A stretch of DNA of 63,011 bases, filler included, from Asterionella formosa (Eukaryota), in the NCBI GenBank assembly GCA_002256025.1. It is 10 parts of 10 records of this genome, joined end to end, with 100 filler letters (N's around TTAATTAATTAA, not from the genome) between each part and the next. Parts side by side here need not be neighbours in the genome. Positions count along the whole stretch, not along the records: positions 56,813 to 63,011 come from NKIB01012790.1; 9 more parts are not named here. The stretch is one strand, 5' to 3'. A program made the position numbers and the translations under genes. This document shows, piece after piece, positions 62,368 to 63,011 of this stretch. Every line of letters starts with the position of its first letter. The first letter of the stretch is position 1. The notes beneath the pieces are model-generated. The model saw nothing but the letters and a program-made list of their open reading frames with translations. It was not told the DNA's origin and ran no database searches.

Positions 62368-62695
62368 ACGTTTTGATTGTAATATTACTTGAATATCTTT
62401 AGTCGGAAGATAGAGTTAAATAACGGTGGCTTACAGTTTTTAAGTGGTAGCCTGAATTGGACCAAACAATATGCCCTTTGATGAGTGGTATAAGGGATGC
62501 AAACCCACAAGGGTCATCCTATTCTACTTAGATCTGGTAATCCTGCATACGATTCAGTCTTAACATATTGTTTGGATAGAATTGGGATGGATAGTAGACA
62601 AGACTACTACTCAAGGTAACCTACAGAGCAGCGCCTACCTTGCTGGCTGGGTATGACAGTTGTGGCTGGGATCGCCTTCTGTCCATCCAGCATTT

Positions 62696-62840
62696 CTTAA
62701 TTGACTTGCAGACATTTACAATCATCCAGACTTCTATTTGTCTATTCTTCGCTTTGATGACTTTATTCCTTAATTGACTTGCAGACACTTACAATCATCC
62801 AGATTTCTATTTGTCTATTTCTTCGCTTTGATGACTTTAT
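62696..62840. repeat. ~73 bp tandem duplication
   Basis: CTTAATTGACTTGCAGACA...TTCGCTTTGATGACTTTAT occurs twice. Confidence 0.85.
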
Positions 62841-63011
62841 GGACATCGAAAAAGACCATTTTGAAGCAAAGCATTTTGTCTTCGATGATGCTAGAAATAT
62901 CCGAGCACTACTTTGCTCAAAAAGTCTTTGGGAACTCAGATGATAAATGGGTACATCTGTTCCTCTGGATCCATGAAGAATTCCCTGAGCTTTGACCTGT
63001 GTCACTCTTAC

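Overview
Eukaryotic nuclear DNA, most likely a diatom (plastid-targeting 'AFAP/AFAF' presequences, short GT-AG introns). It is ten unrelated ~6.2 kb contigs joined by artificial 100-nt N44-TTAATTAATTAA-N44 spacers, so adjacency across gaps means nothing. Host genes are a ZIP zinc transporter, FCP1 phosphatase, a plastid DUF2358-like protein, plastid YebC/TACO1, biotin synthase, RPS24, a MORN-repeat protein, DDRGK1 and a few partial genes. The rest is largely transposon debris. The main find is a tyrosine-recombinase (Crypton-like) family: one decayed intron-containing recombinase gene (about 4008-6216) shares a terminus with ~2 kb non-coding elements (52005-53938, 59456-61552, plus a truncated copy at 14966-16410). 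The complete copies are bounded by AGC(A) direct repeats. Joining the two end types produces a loxP/FRT/dif-like inverted-repeat site. Also present: tRNA-derived SINEs with 18-19 bp target-site duplications and swapped tails, RNase H-bearing LINE remnants, Harbinger and Kolobok-like transposase remnants, a 545 bp inverted-repeat pair, and GTACCWGGTAC clusters upstream of most host genes. All family assignments come from motif recognition by eye; no searches were run.
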